In this document: in pieces, positions 1 to 13,639 of the stretch
How positions within the stretch are numbered: position 1 is the stretch's first letter
Layout of the letters: every line of letters starts with the position of its first letter
DNA from: Rhina ancylostomus
Taxonomy: Eukaryota
DNA length: 64,000 nucleotides
Assembly: GCA_030265395.1 (NCBI GenBank)
Contig: JARFYF010000022.1
Coordinates: forward strand, 40,964,895-41,028,894
Direction of reading: 5' to 3'
Position numbers and translations under genes: made by a program
The notes under the pieces: model-generated
Databases searched by the model: none
Seen by the model: the letters and a program-made list of their open reading frames with translations, nothing else
What the model was told of the DNA's origin: nothing

Positions 1-530
1 AACGTAGAATAGTAAAGCACAGGAACAGGCCCTTTGTCCCACAATGTTGTGCTGAACTAATTAAAATAGTAATTAAACATCTAACTAATCCATTCTGTCT
101 ACACAAGGTCCATACCTCTCCATTTTCTGCACATTCATGTGCCTAAGAGCCCCTTAAGTGCCTCCACTACCATTTCTACTACCATCCCTGCTTGCGCATT
201 CCAGGCACCCACCACGCTCTGTGTAAAACACTTGTCCTGCACATCTACTTTGAACTTATACCCTCTCACCTTGAATGCATGCCCTCCAGTATTAGACATT
301 TCGGCCCTGGGGAAAAGATAGTGGCTGTCTATCTGTGCCTCTCATAATCTTATAAACTTAATTCAGGTCTCCCCTCAGCCTCTGCCGCTCCAGAGAAAAC
401 AATCCAAGTTTGTCCAACCTCTCCACATAGCACATGCCCTCTGATCCAGGCAGCATTCTGGTAAATCTTTTTTGTACCCTTTCCAAAGCCTTCATATCCT
501 TCCTACAATGGGGCAACCAGAATTGAATGT
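1..530 (-). mobile_element. CR1-clade LINE, 5'-truncated 3' end (ORF2 C-terminus and 3' UTR)
   Basis: ORF 358..573 reads QFWLPHCRKDMKALERVQKRFTRMLPG...LDKLGLFSLERQRLRGDL, the typical CR1 ORF2 C-terminus; window start is the reverse complement of the CR1 tail (gggcctgttcctgtgct...ttcta). Confidence 0.9.
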
Positions 531-2639
531 AACTTTTATTTAAACCATGAAGCTCTTCCAACGATATGCACATGGTTTTGATTTATATGGAAAAAATATG
601 TTCCTCTTCAATGAATTTTCATACCTCCCTTACTTGATGATTTTAATGACAATAAAAATTACCAGATGCCTCAAATGCCATTACATCACTTCTCTGGGAG
701 ATGCTAGGGGCATTAGAATGTGATGCCCTCCACCTGATAATGAATGTAATTTAAAAGACATTGGTATTTCTAAGAAGGGTTTCTAACTGTAAAGGCCTCA
801 TTCTCCTACCGGTCACCAGAGAAAGATGTCAGTGAGTCAATGCCACACCTTTTCTGCCCCATCCCATCCTTTTGGATAGTGGACCTTGCAAAGCATCAAG
901 AGTTCTTTGACAACAGATCCTCATCTTCCCCACTTCTTATCCTTAATATATGAAATAATGTTTTCCATTCCCACATCAAGCTCCTTTCACTTTGAAAACC
1001 TTAAATTTGGTCTCTAAATCCACTTCATCTTAATCAATCGCTTGTCAAAAATGGTTTTCAGTAGGTGAAATATCATCAGGACAATAACTATAATATTATA
1101 AACTGACAGCATTATTTTCTGGAAATATATGGAAAATGGGTTCACTCCTGTATAACCACAAGAAAAGCCTCCATGTATTGATAATTGTTTCTTGATTTGT
1201 CTCTTTCTTTTTTGCTGTCTCATTTCAAATTCTGTAATGGTAAGAATCGAATGGATTGAAGTGCAAAAAAAGCATTTCCTTCTGGGCAGGTATGAAGAAA
1301 CTGTTTTTATTCTCTCTTCCATAAGTAATGGTTATCTTCCTTTTTATCTCCTTTTCTCCTGTTCTCTGGCTGGTGACCAAGTTCGTCAGCATTCTTGGGC
1401 TTCCTTTGCTCCACTCTATTCCTTCAGCTCTCCTCCTCCTCAAGGTAATGGTCAAGTTGGATGCACGGGATTGATTTGACTTGAATAGAAAATTGAACTT
1501 TAGTTGATACTGTTAATTACAAATGCTTCCGCAGTTTGGTCAACTGACACTTGTCTCACTTAGAGTTGGTGCAGTGTTACTAAGATTCTCTTTATGATGC
1601 ACAATTCAGTAAAGTGATTGGCTTTGATGACTTAATGCTGAAAGAGGTTCTCCTCCTGCCTTGGTAAAGAGGTTCTCTTCCTAATTAGGGAGAAAGAGAG
1701 CGGGTTCAATTATTTTTACTGCCATAACCTGCATGACGAATCCATTAACAAATTCTGTTTATGAATGTGGATGAAGCTGGCAAGTTTGTGCTCGGGTTCT
1801 GTTATGAGCTCCTCTCTGATTTGACAAGAAGTAAAAAGGTGTATAGGTATATCACCATATGACAATTCACGCAGGAGTAGGAATTCATCCTCTGTCAAAA
1901 AGCACACATATTGTAGCAACTGTGTGTTGTACTCCTCTTCCAACATATGTCTACTGAAGCCAATGGAGTTCAGTTGCCATTATGTGCTAGAGAACGAGGA
2001 CAATTTTCTATCCCCAATGTCTTTTAAAGAATAATTACTGATAATAATGATTGGTCAATTAATCTAGTGTTTTTCCCGGGTTGGTAATGGAGGAATGCCA
2101 GCTGGAACACTGGAAGGATTTGTTGTTCTTTTTCAAATAGTAGTGAGGGATCTTAACCTGAAACAATTGAAGAGTTGGGTGGGACTTAGTTCACACTCTC
2201 ATCCAAGCTCTGTGGGTTCTCTTCAGTTAAGCACTGAAGTGAAATCACACGGAGGAGCTTATGCCCACGGACTTCGGGCTAAAAGGCTGCAAACTCTATC
2301 CTTGTTGACAGGAATTGGTTCAATAAGCATAATTAACATGTTGACATTAAAATCTATGTCATTCTTCCTGTTGGCAATATCCACTAAAATTGCCTGGGAA
2401 TCTTATGAGCTTAAATTGAAAAATGGAAGCTTGCAGGAATCAAACAATTAATGGTTGATAGTAAGTGCAGAACTTAAATCATATTCCCTTTTTTATGTTC
2501 CTGTGCATGATAATTAAATTCAAAGTGATTGAACCATCTTTTCTCTATGACAGGCTAGGTTAAGAAAATAGCAAGTATAGAAGCTTGATTACATTCCCCC
2601 TCTCACCTCCCACCTCCTGTACCTTCTGTAACTTAAAGC

Positions 2640-2860
2640 TCAACAGCACTCCAACATGTCAAAACTCCTCCAGTTCTGGCTTCTTAATCATCGCTGGTTT
2701 TAATAACTCTGATATTGGCATCTGTGCATTCAGCCACCTTGTTGCTAATCTTTGTAAGTCTCTCTCCCAGCTTTACTGCTAACCTGCCTCTCTCCTCTTA
2801 TTGCTCCAAAGAAACTATTTTATTGACCAGCTTTTTATCACCAGTCCAGACATCTCTATT
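2640..2860 (+). mobile_element. Degenerate L2-like LINE 3' fragment
   Basis: Resembles the L2-like 3' ends elsewhere in the window (ctctctcctctta...tttattgaccagcttttt). Confidence 0.4.
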
Positions 2861-4930
2861 ATATGTCTAGTCATCTGTGTATTTGGATCTACAACTGACT
2901 CTCCCAAGTTATTAATATACATGTTGAAATATTAATGTTCCTATTCTGATCCCAGGGTGTCAAGCCATTACTCCCGATGTTTCTCACACCCTCCCTCAAA
3001 ATTTGCCATCTTTCTCTATTTGGTGGGTGATCTCCAAATTTCAAAATAGTTTTTTCATTTTATAAGCCCTGTTATTTATATTCATTTTCCAGCAGCCAAC
3101 ACACTTTTAAAGTACTGTAAAACATTTGGCATATTCTGAAGGCATGAAAGGTATTGTACAAAAGTATGCTCATTTAGCACAGTCTCTTTAAAACACCACT
3201 CACCACCTTTGAATTTTGAAACATGTTCTCCCTTGTCTCTTTCCTTTCTGCCTTCCAAACATATCTTTCTCCACTTAATTCCATTATTTTTATCATGCCT
3301 TGGGTAGTAATTTATCAATAAACCTTGCATGTCATATTAAATTTAATCATGCTGCCTCCTCACATATATAGCCTGCCTTTTAGATGTCTGTACTGAATGT
3401 GATCCATTAACATCCTGGCGATAAGTGTCTGAGTATACCCACCCCTACATCTTCCCCATTAGCCGAAGAGGGCGAGGAGAGCACAAGGTTTAAAATGGAA
3501 AACAAAACTCCATCCAGTCATTTTAACTATTTGTTGTTTTGAGACATCTAAGTATTCATTTCTGGTTCAGATACAACTAAGACTTTTTAGAAGATAAGTG
3601 AATGAATTCAATGGAAAGATGAGTCTGTGGTTATACAAATAATGTCCATTCATGTGTTGGCTGCAACTTGAATACTTTTACGGGCTGATCAGATTTTCTG
3701 GAACTAGGGAAACTTGGCATTTAAAGCAAGACGGGTGCTGCAGGTCACTGCTGTATGTAGCATACCCCGTGGAGCCAGAGGAGCATGATTGTTTCCTCAT
3801 GCCTCTGATCGGCTGAACCCGCCACACCATCTAATTTAGTTCACCGTCCTGGCCAATTCTGATTCTGCACCCTTGCCCATCCGCTGCCAGCCTGAACCAT
3901 CCCATAATGTTTCCTGGTTGTTATCCACAGTTCCTCAGTGCATCCTTCTGTTGCTGGGTTTCCTGTTGGCAGCTGGGTATTGTTAATCTGACTGGACCCC
4001 AGGTGAAAAATGGGAGCAGAAAAATTATGATGTGCCTGGCATTAAGTTCACCAGGATCTTTGTGCTCAGTGCATCTTCTTTCTGCCCTCCTTCTGTTGGG
4101 CCCTGCCTTCCCTCACAGTCTTTATAGTGTCAGGTCTATTGTGTGTGGCATTATAAAACCATGTTTACTCTGACTGAATTCTGCTAGCAGACAAAATGCC
4201 TGCAGTAACTTGAAGGCACTTCGTTCATATAGCTGATGTTGTTGTCGAAGAGAAAGGTGTGGTGAGCAAGACAAATATTCCATCAGTTGGTATGGTTCTA
4301 CCTCTGTTTTATTTAATTGTAGAAATAATCTCCTTCTCACACCTCTTAGTGAAATAAGGATGTTTCTAGATGGAATGCCGCAGCTTAGCAAACTTAACAA
4401 GTTTGTGCCTTGCATAAAGTTGCAGCTGGTATTGGAGAGCCACACACAATAAGAGTGACCCTGACCTTGTTGAAAGGAATTTATGAAGGTGGTATAAAAA
4501 AGGCAATTAGTTGTCTCACTTAACCTCACACTAGGGTCAGATTGCACACTCTGTATTTGATTAAGATTTTCTAAGGGTAATGGAAAGACCCAGTCAGGTG
4601 TAATTTCTGTGTGCTAGCAAGATAATAATAGTTCTGTGTTTCTTGGTTTTATTTCTGTAGATATGTTGAGCTGTGCTGCATCAAAACTCTCCCTGAAATT
4701 CTGCAAGTATATATATTTTTAGCGGGGGGGGGGTGGGCAAGGAGGGTAGTTAGGAGAGCATTTGGAGTAAATGTACGGTGTGCCACAGATGCTCAGTTTT
4801 TGGATTGTATTGGATGCTTTGAAGAACTGGCAGCATTCAAGCAAGTTCCCCTCTGTCAGGAATAGTTGAGAGCATTACGCTTGCTTACTAGCTCATGGTT
4901 TAAGGCAATGAGTGTACTTTCTGTGGGTTT

Positions 4931-5182
4931 CGTTATGTACCAGCAACAACAGAAACACACCAAGACATGTAAACGTGTTAAAAACTACTTTATTGATAAC
5001 TACTTATGATAATAAGTAAAATAAAAGTAAAAATGTTAGAATGTTAGAAGTNNNNNNNNNNNNNNNNNNNNNNNNNNNNNNNNNNNNNNNNNNNNNNNNN
5101 NNNNNNNNNNNNNNNNNNNNNNNNNNNNNNNNNNNNNNNNNNNNNNNNNNNAACCTCACTAATTGTAACCTAGTCCATAACA
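4931..5182. mobile_element. Solo LTR (Gypsy-type), spans a gap
   Basis: Termini (c/t)GTTATG...CATAACA, flanked by GTTT on both sides (4927-4930, 5183-5186); closely similar to 41134-41384. Confidence 0.75.
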
Positions 5183-6059
5183 GTTTAGAAACAGTTTTCC
5201 CCCTTTATCATAACCAGTCTTTACCAGAATAAAAGGTCTCAACTGTATTTTCCTATGGGCATTGTTAAAGAAGGTGTCAGTGAGGTTGATAGAAAGCAGT
5301 AAATGCTGGAAAAGTACTCAACTCCCACCTTGAGGGGTAGATTTTGACTGTGCCCCAATGTAAAATGATGGATGGTAAGTTTGCAGCTTATTGTGTATCT
5401 CTCCTGATGTTTATTTCTATTGAAGTATCCCATGGGAGGAAGTGAGTTGCTTTTCTAGCATCCTTTCGACTGGAGATACTTTTATAAAGAGATTTAGATT
5501 TCCTTCTTTGCTATTACTTCAGCAGAACCTCATCATACATATTTAGCATAATGAAATTAACAAATTCTTTTGAGTGGCTCTTCTCTCCTGAGGACACTGG
5601 ATCACGTTGAGTAGAGCTCCTTGGGTATCTACAGCCTGTACTGCCTCAGCCAATAGCACATCACTATATTTCAGCCAAGAGCCTACATGATTTTAAGACC
5701 ATCATAGACTAGCAAGTTCCTGCCTCCACTTGTACACATACTTCATGGAATTTTTATTTTGTGGTAGAAAATGGCCAATGGGAATATAAACAGTGGGCTG
5801 ATGCACAATTGTCCATTTCCACCAGTTCAAAGTGTAAATCAATACCACTTTCTTGCAGCAGTATTTAGGACCAGGAATCCCCTTTGAAATTCCCTTCCAG
5901 AGCTAAGTTGTTATTAGCCCCTTTTAACCTACAACTTCTCTATCTGTCCGTCTGGAAAAGCTCTGGTTCACGCAAAAAATATATAATATTTAAAAGAAAA
6001 CTGGCTTCTTCTTTCCCCTTTTGGCATGACCCAAAGCAGTTCTGACATTCATCAATTTA

Positions 6060-6340
6060 ATGCAGGATACATGGTGTGCAATTTGTGAACAGGAAATTTC
6101 CACAAACAGCAGTGTGATAAAACCAAATAATCTGTTTTTGAAATGTTGGGGTTGAGGGTGGAGCTTGAGTACTGTGGTTAACCTCCCCGTTCTTTTTTAA
6201 TATAGACCCACTTGAAAGAATATACAAAGTATAATATCTCATCCAAAAGATGGTTTACCCTTAGTACCCACTGGAGTCTCTGGAGTGGGATTTGACCCCA
6301 CACACTTCTCATTTGGGGGCTGGAGTGCTATCCACTAAGG
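6060..6340 (-). mobile_element. Degenerate Deu-domain SINE (SacSINE1/AmnSINE1-like)
   Basis: Reverse-strand B-box-like head (gtctctggagtgggatttgacccca) and aaatttccacaaacagcagtgtgataa, typical of Deu-SINE bodies; family assignment from memory. Confidence 0.55.
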
Positions 6341-6392
6341 CATAACTGACATACATTCATTTTAGTTTTATGTATGTTTTCTACTTCATTTG

Positions 6393-6712
6393 GGTGGCAC
6401 ACTGGCACAGCTAGTAGAGCTGCTGCCTCACAGCTCTCGTGGCCTGGTTCAATCTTGACCTCCAGTGGTGTCTGTGTGGAGCTTGCATGTTCTCCCCGAG
6501 TGTTCCGGCTTCCTCCCAAAGATACGTGGGTTGGTAGTTAATTGGCCACTGTAAATTGCCCCTAGCATGTAGGTGAGTGGTAGAATCTGGGGGGAGTTGA
6601 TGGGAAGATGGCATGAATAAAATGGGATTAGCGTAAATGGGTGCTTGATTGTTGGTGCAGACTTGATGGGCTGAAGGGCTTGTTTCTTTGCTGTATTATT
6701 CTATGACTCTAT
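6393..6712 (+). mobile_element. V-SINE (HE1-like) with CR1-derived tail
   Basis: tRNA-like head (ggcacagctagtagagc...ggttcaatc), V-core gtctgtgtggagcttgcatgttctcccc...ccggcttcctccc, tail gggctgaagggcttgttt...ttctatgactct. Confidence 0.85.
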
Positions 6713-7319
6713 TCTGTACATGGTGAATAAATAGCTTTCCAATCAGTCAAGGTGCATCATACATGCCCAGATTGATTGTGGTCCCCTTGACATAAGGTTG
6801 AGGATGTTTATGTACTGTGAAGTGTTATTACAGATACAGTAATTTTCCTCTTCTGGCTCATGCATTAGGCAACTGTTTCATTTGGCTAATAGCTATTAAA
6901 GGGACTTACCTCCTGCTTCATTGCCCAGGCCAGTCACAAGGTAAGTCTGGGAAAACCTCGCCTTGCTGTTGGATGTCAAAATTAGCTCACAGTTAAATTC
7001 ACTCTCTGAGGAAGGCCACTAACTTCAGCAATATTTTTATCAAAAGTGAAAAGAATTTTCACGTTCTCTGCTGAAGACTGGAAGCATTACTTTTTATTTG
7101 TTATTTATTTTTAAAGCCTGTTAAAGTAACATATTGTCTGCGATAATATACAAAACAAAATTGAGAAATTTATCTTTGGTCTCAAGCATAATGGATGTGA
7201 ATTTGTGGGGTCGAATACAACCTGCCTTCAATACTTTTTTTGTGCTTTCAACCAAAGGCAAATTTCTCCTCCACAGGTGTCCCTGCTTTGCCTTTAGGCT
7301 ATATAAATGAATACGTTTG

Positions 7320-7660
7320 CATGGTTGGCTTAGTGGAAAGGCAGTGGCTCTTTGAGTCAATTTCTTGAGTTAGCTGATGTTCACTTGTGGCCAAGTGGAG
7401 AGTAAAATCAACCACAGTTCTTTTTCCCCGTTGCTGGTGACCCTTGATGGAAAGTGCAAGTTCTTGGATATTGCGAGGGTGGTGCACCTGGGTGTAGGAC
7501 AGGATTTAACTTGGCGCTGCACAGCTTGCCGACACTCACTGTCAAGACCTGTGCAGGAATAATGGCCACTTGGCAAAGGCACTGGAGCAGTGCCAGTATC
7601 TGTAACCAGGACTCTGCCTCAGCACGAACCGGTGATTACAAGAGGGAAGGGAAAATGGTG
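7320..7660 (+). mobile_element. Ancient tRNA-derived SINE (AmnSINE2/MER131-like)
   Basis: A-box-like head tggcttagtgg, then gagttagctgat...tgccgacactcactgtc...aatggccacttgg...gagggaagggaaaa; family name recalled, not verified. Confidence 0.5.
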
Positions 7661-9260
7661 GAAAATTGCGGTGGGAAGTGCCAACGGGCGTTGAATTTTG
7701 TTGTGCTGCATGCAGATGTACTTCNNNNNNNNNNTTATATGATTCCTCACAGTGAAGAAATCCCTGGGGATGCTTGATGCGAACAGTGGAGCCTTGTCGA
7801 GGGCAAACAGCTATGCAGATGATCTTGACCTCATCGAGGGAGAGCCAGCACTGGCCCCCATCACGCATGTTTCGCAGTAAGTCACAGTGTACAATAACTA
7901 AGTGGGCGTCCCTGAGGTTCTGGGGAGATTTTGGCAGCTGGCTCAGTCTACTGCAAGAAGTTGGCCTTGATCCTAAATTTCCTGGACTGACGCACCAATG
8001 GCATTGCACTCATTCTATGGTATAAAAGTCCCAGGAAAGTCTTGCATGATTGAGCTACCATATAAGTCTGTTAAAGATTGCTAAACATTTACCTTAATAA
8101 GTCTTAGGTTGATTGAAACTTTTCACCATTTCTAAGCATTGCATGACCTATTGTTGCAGAAGCAACTCAGAACGTGATGGAACTGTAGCGCTTGCATGTC
8201 CTGAAATTCATGAGGTTATGGTGTGTTATATGAGCTACTCTAGGAATGTTTCATGAAAGAATTGAGGATTTATCTTCCGGGTCATGCCTCCTGGGAACTC
8301 CCAGGAACACTGCCTCCCAGGAACACTGGATGAATAAGGTACAACCAAAAGGAAAATTGAGAGGGATCACATAACCCAAAGGAATCATGTCTAACTTTCA
8401 GTCTGTAAATTTGTAAGTCTTTGAAAATCCTTTACAGATAAATGTACTTCCCTACCCAAAATTATCTGCACAGACTACATCCAAGCAATTTGATGTACAT
8501 GGGCAGGAGCCCAAGAAAATTTACCCTTCACGCAGTACTACAGCTCCTGGTGGACTGAGATATATTGGGGATCACTAAATTTAACGCACCCAGCAGCAGG
8601 CTGATTGGATTTCTTGCATTTTGCATTCCATTGACTTCAATTGGAGTGTAAAATGTATCCAGTATGGTCTGGTCAGATTCCAGTCCCATAGGCAGATTAA
8701 AATCACTTGCTGGCAGTCTGTATCAAGCTTGAGTCGATGTGATGTTCCCTTGTTGTGTGTTGTTTCTTTGTTTGTTAATTATTAATAACCATTGCAATTC
8801 TTGCTGAATGGCTTGTGGTTTGTGAGGACTTAAATCCAGAAGTATCATGCTGGGCCTTGAGCTGTTCAATTAATCACAAAGTCAAAGCTGTCAAGTGCAG
8901 ATGGAGAGTTCGGACACTGGCAGTAGTGGAACTTGAACTTTTCTTACTTTTGTATCTATTTCAAACCTTTGCTCATGAACACAGTCGTCTCTGGTCTGGT
9001 ACAAGTATCATTTATGTATCAGGATGGTGTAGGGAAATCTGGCCAGGGCTGTTATATCTGGTGGGACACCATTGCTTCTCCTTCACTCTGGTTCTTGGCA
9101 AGAACATGACCACAGATCAACCACAAATGTGTTTTACAGCTTTCTACTGAAAGTTAGAATGTGAACTTTCCTTTCAAGGGGCCAAGCATAAATTTTAGGG
9201 CTGCAATGTTCTCTAAAGTAGCCAATAATGACTAAGTTTTTCCTTGTTGTCAGCTCTGGT

Positions 9261-9300
9261 TCTCTGTCTCTCTCTCTCTCTCTCTCTGTCTCTCTGTCTC

Positions 9301-9335
<35 letters not shown>

Positions 9336-9402
9336 TTGTCTCTATCTCCATGTGTGTCTCTCTTTGTCTCTGTGTGTGTCTCTGTCTCTCTCTCTCTCTC
9401 TG
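9261..9402. repeat. Compound (TC)n/(TCTG)n/(TG)n microsatellite
   Basis: Directly visible; explains the low-complexity ORFs 9134..9445, 9228..9539 and 9244..9546. Confidence 0.95.
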
Positions 9403-10847
9403 TCATGGCTCCTTGTATCTTCTTTCCAGGTGTTTTCATCTGCAATCTTTTATTGTCACACAGTTACATGGTTAGCTGTTGTAGCTGCTTCAGGCGTCAT
9501 CGGGTCTGCAGTGAGTGTTTCCTTAATGTGGAAAGTTAGCTTCTAGCTGAACTTTCTCCCTGAAGCTTTTCTGAATTTCATATTCATTTGACAATTAATT
9601 GATTCCAGGAGCAAAAGATTAGGTGATGTATTGAGTTTCCAAACATTTTCCCTTTGTACAAAAATGGCCAGAATGTTACCAGTGACACATAACCTGGTTT
9701 GGGTCTTTCACATATGAATTGGATTATTTTATTAATGCACCAGCTCAACGTTCAAAGAGGAGAATAAAAGACTCATGTAACCTTATCAGGGTATTGGTGA
9801 GTGATTAAACCATTTAAACAAAGTATCAAGCAATCTGCCATTAGACATGGAAGCAAGGTGAATAGAGAATTATCTTTAAGAGACTGGTACCTCTAGTATC
9901 ACGTTAGTGTAATGTTCGTTATTTCCAATGGCCGTTCATTTGAAAAGTAGAGAATGGCTGTGTCATCATTTCAGTATCTAACTGAGACTGATAAAGGAGC
10001 ACTGCATCCCATTGGAGTAGTCTTTAAAATTTGGATTGTAGTTCCACTTTCATTGACAAGGTGGGAGGCAATTGATATTTCCCAGTTGACTTAAATGAAG
10101 ATATAATATCTACCAGCTCACTGTGGAAAATCAATGCCACAGCATTGAAAATCACAATGCAGGCACGTTAGAGTGAGGATAATGGTGACTCATTTCACAT
10201 ATCCAAGAGAGGCAACAGAAAGATTGTGTGTGGGAAGGGCTCTGAGGTAGAAGTCACCAGTAAAGGGTAAGTGAAGTTTGTTGACTTTGTTGTGGCTAAG
10301 CAGTGAAAGATTGTTTCCATTGTTTGAAAAGCAAGGGCAAAAAAAACATGAGTGAGGAGTAAGCTCATGCTGTTAGACTGAAGACGAATTTGGGAAAATT
10401 TAAAACATAGTTGATGACACTAAAACTTAATTTAAAAGGGAATGGAATTAAAACAATATAGAATAAGATAAGATATTTGTTGGAGATGAAAATGGTGTTT
10501 TGGAGTGATCAACAGCACCTGGGTTTACTCCTATGCAATAATTTTTAAAATGCTATGAAAAGATCCCATTAAAAATTCTGATCCCAGGTTGTGATTTTGG
10601 AGCTGAAAGGAAGACAAAGTTTCCTTCCACCAAACGCATTGCCCTTTATGGTTTGTTTTAGGTCAGTCTGTGTTGGCCTAGTTTCAACATGTAGTCCACA
10701 TCCAATGTCATCTGAAAATGTCACACTCATCACATTTTTTTATTGGCACTGATGACATGCAACTATAGCTTATTGCCATTTCACTTGACACCTCCAGTGT
10801 CAACATATTTCATTGATATATAAATATGCAACACCAAGAAGGAAAAC

Positions 10848-11080
10848 TGCAGCAGCCACATGGGAACGCCACCTGCACATTCCCTTTCAAGCCGCACACT
10901 ATCCTGACTTGGAAACATATCACTGTTCCTCAATCTTGGAGCGGCCTGTCCAGTAGGATAGTGGGAGTAACTTGACCAGAAAGTCCAGTGGCTCAGGATG
11001 CTGGCTCACTGCTCCCACCGCAAGGCCAATCTAGAATGGGCAATAAACTCTGACCTAGCCAGAAAAGGTCACGTCGCCAA
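10848..11080 (+). mobile_element. Old CR1-like LINE 3' end (second family)
   Basis: atgggaacgccacctgcacattccc...cacactatcctgacttggaaa...gggcaataaa; a reverse fragment lies near 20590-20760. Confidence 0.6.
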
Positions 11081-11199
11081 AAGTACATAAATAGATGTGT
11101 GCCAGATGAGTGGAGATTTCTAATGAACCATCAGGGAGACTGATACTATTAACTTTGGTCTCTGTCACAAACCAAATTTGCTAATCACCAACTCTTATC

Positions 11200-11860
11200 A
11201 CTCTCCCCAGCAACTTTCTGAAATCGAACCAAATTCTTCAGAACTTTGGTGTCATATTTGAACCAGGTTTGCTATAAGACTTCACAGCCATACCATCACG
11301 AAAACCACCTATGTTTGTTTCTAGAACTTTGCTCGTCTTCTCTACTGCTTTGGATCCAGTGCTGAAATCCTCATCCATGCATTGGTATCTTTAAACTTCA
11401 CCATTGCAATGAATTCTGCCACCTATATAATAACCTACAGCTCCTTACTGGCCAATCACTACCAACATAAACTGGCTCCTGGTTAAGTTATGCTTTGATT
11501 TGAAATATTCTGATGCTCATCCTTGTTTTCCCTTTCCATGCCCTTCCCCCTTTATCTCCATAGTTTCCTCCATCTAAATAGCTCTCCAAGGTATCCCGCT
11601 CCTTCATTTCTGATCTTCTGCTCATCTTCCTGTGTAATTGTTCCATCTTTGGCAGATATGTCATTAGCTGCCAAGGCCAGCGACTCTGGAACTCCTCCCT
11701 AATTCACTGGGTCCCTTTCTCACTCTTCTGTAAGAAGCTCCTGAAAAGCTTCCTCTTTGACTAGGCATTTTTAACACCTACCCTAGTATGAAGCTGAAAA
11801 CAAATCAGTTTGTTAAACCTGCAGTTTCTTTACCAATATTAACAGGTGCAATGTAAATAC
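11200..11860 (+). mobile_element. Degenerate L2-like LINE 3' portion
   Basis: ggtgtcatatttgaacc...tgctgaaatcctcatccatgc...actggctcctggttaag...ctctggaactcctccct...cctctttgac. Confidence 0.65.
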
Positions 11861-11861
11861 A

Positions 11862-12400
11862 CATAGGAATATACTCAAGAAGATAGGAGCTAGCTCCTTA
11901 AGCTTGCCATGCTGTTTATTATGATCATGGCTGACCTGCCTCAGGTCTTTTCTGTGCCAGTTCCACATAGCCCTTAATTCCCCAATTTTTCAAAAATGTA
12001 CCTACCTCAATTTTGAGTATCTCCAATGACCTAGCCTCCACACCACTCTGAGGTAGAAACTCCAGAGATTCACTAGCCTCCATGAGAAGAAATTCCTACA
12101 TGCCTCAGTTTTAGATTATTTTGTAACTGTAACCCCTTATTTAAGACTTTCCCATTATGGAAACATCTCAACATCTATCTTGTCATGCCACCTTAGGATC
12201 TTCTAAGATTCAATAAGATCACCCCACATTCTTCGAAGCTTCATGGTATATAGGGTATAATTTTATTCATTTAGTTTGTGTTCAGACAACCCTCTCATCC
12301 CAGGAATTACCCAAGTGAATCTCTTCTGGACTGCCTCCACTGCTAGTGTATCCTTTCTTAAATAAGGGGACCAAAAGCATTCACAGTGGACCAAAGCAAT
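11862..12400 (-). mobile_element. CR1 LINE 3' fragment
   Basis: catagga tail, tccagagattcactagcctc...gaagaaattcct, aataaggggaccaaaa (reverse of the QFWSPY motif). Confidence 0.75.
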
Positions 12401-12939
12401 ACACAATGGAAGTTGTTCTATTGATTGGATCTGTCTCGAGTTTTCCCTTTCAGATTGTTATCTTCATGTAGAATTGAAGTCCAACAAGATTTGGACAGAG
12501 ATTGGACTTGTTAAAATTGGTATCAACAAGGGAACCCGATGCAACTAGGAATAGGATTCTGGTTCATGTGTGGAATTAAGTGTACTGTTGCATACTGGTC
12601 ACAAATGGAAAGATTTACATCTATTATGGCCAGTTAAATACGTTATATTACTGTTGGTTAAGAGGGAAATCCCAGTGTTACCATTTTACTATTAATTATC
12701 AGTTTCATTTCAGGGAGTTTTCATGAGTGACTGTGGAATCAAAGTTCATCTTACCATGGGTATTCCATCAAAAGTTCACTCATCTTTGGATTTACCAGTT
12801 CTCCTCTTCTTAGCCCTCAATTTCCCCCCTTCACCTGTTCAAGGATGCCCTTGAAGTTATTCCTACGACAGCTGCTGGCCCCAAACATAAATGCTCCACT
12901 ACAGGAGACCCAGCCCCTACTGGGTGACTAGTCTATTAA

Positions 12940-13320
12940 CGGAGCCACTAAATTTCCATACTCTGGTTTGAGGCGGAGAACTGGATGGCAGTAGGACACT
13001 GCACCGCGTGGGAAAGGAAACATGCAAAGAAACAGCCCTGTTTCTCCCAAATGAAATGCCTTTGATGTCAGTCTGAATCCATTCAGCTCCCGCCCAGAGG
13101 AATGAATCAATGGGAAACCACAGTGACTTGCCCCTTCTGAAAAAAGAAGCAAAATATGGGAAGAAAATGATTGGAGTAAAGTGATCTTTTCAAAGGGGAT
13201 TAGACAGTATTTATAACTTTAAGCCAGTGCATTTAAAAGCAAAAATAAACTGACTCAAAAGCGATTTGAATGCAGCCTTTAACTAGTAAAATAAACTGTG
13301 ACTCAGGAGCAGTTTAAAGG
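12940..13320. promoter_or_regulatory. Candidate enhancer / conserved non-coding element
   Basis: Repeat-free; RBPJ/CSL site CGTGGGAA (~13007), TCF/LEF CTTTGAT (~13060), a GC-box-like cccgccc, second TGGGAA (~13111). Confidence 0.35.
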
Positions 13321-13517
13321 CAACCTTTACCCAACAATTATATTTAGTGATATTTTCCATGTTTGGAGACTTGCGTGGTGGAATGTTAAAAGTAGCATGT
13401 TGAACATTGCTTGTTAAGTAGAGGAATGCTGACGGTTTTGACTTAGTATTGGAGGGAGGTCTATTTAATGAGATGCACATACACACATGCAAATACACAC
13501 ATGCAAATACACACACG

Positions 13518-13520
<3 letters not shown>

Positions 13521-13572
<52 letters not shown>
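13521..13572. repeat. (AC)n microsatellite, about 26 units, preceded by imperfect acacatgcaaat repeats
   Basis: Directly visible. Confidence 0.95.
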
Positions 13573-13574
<2 letters not shown>

Positions 13575-13639
13575 CCCATAGAACCAATATAAAGTGTTAA
13601 AAATTTTTAACTGAATGGAATTTAAAGCTTCTCTATGGA

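Noticed and set aside
9134-9546. RE-rich and SL-rich ORFs
   Set aside because: Translations of the TC microsatellite.
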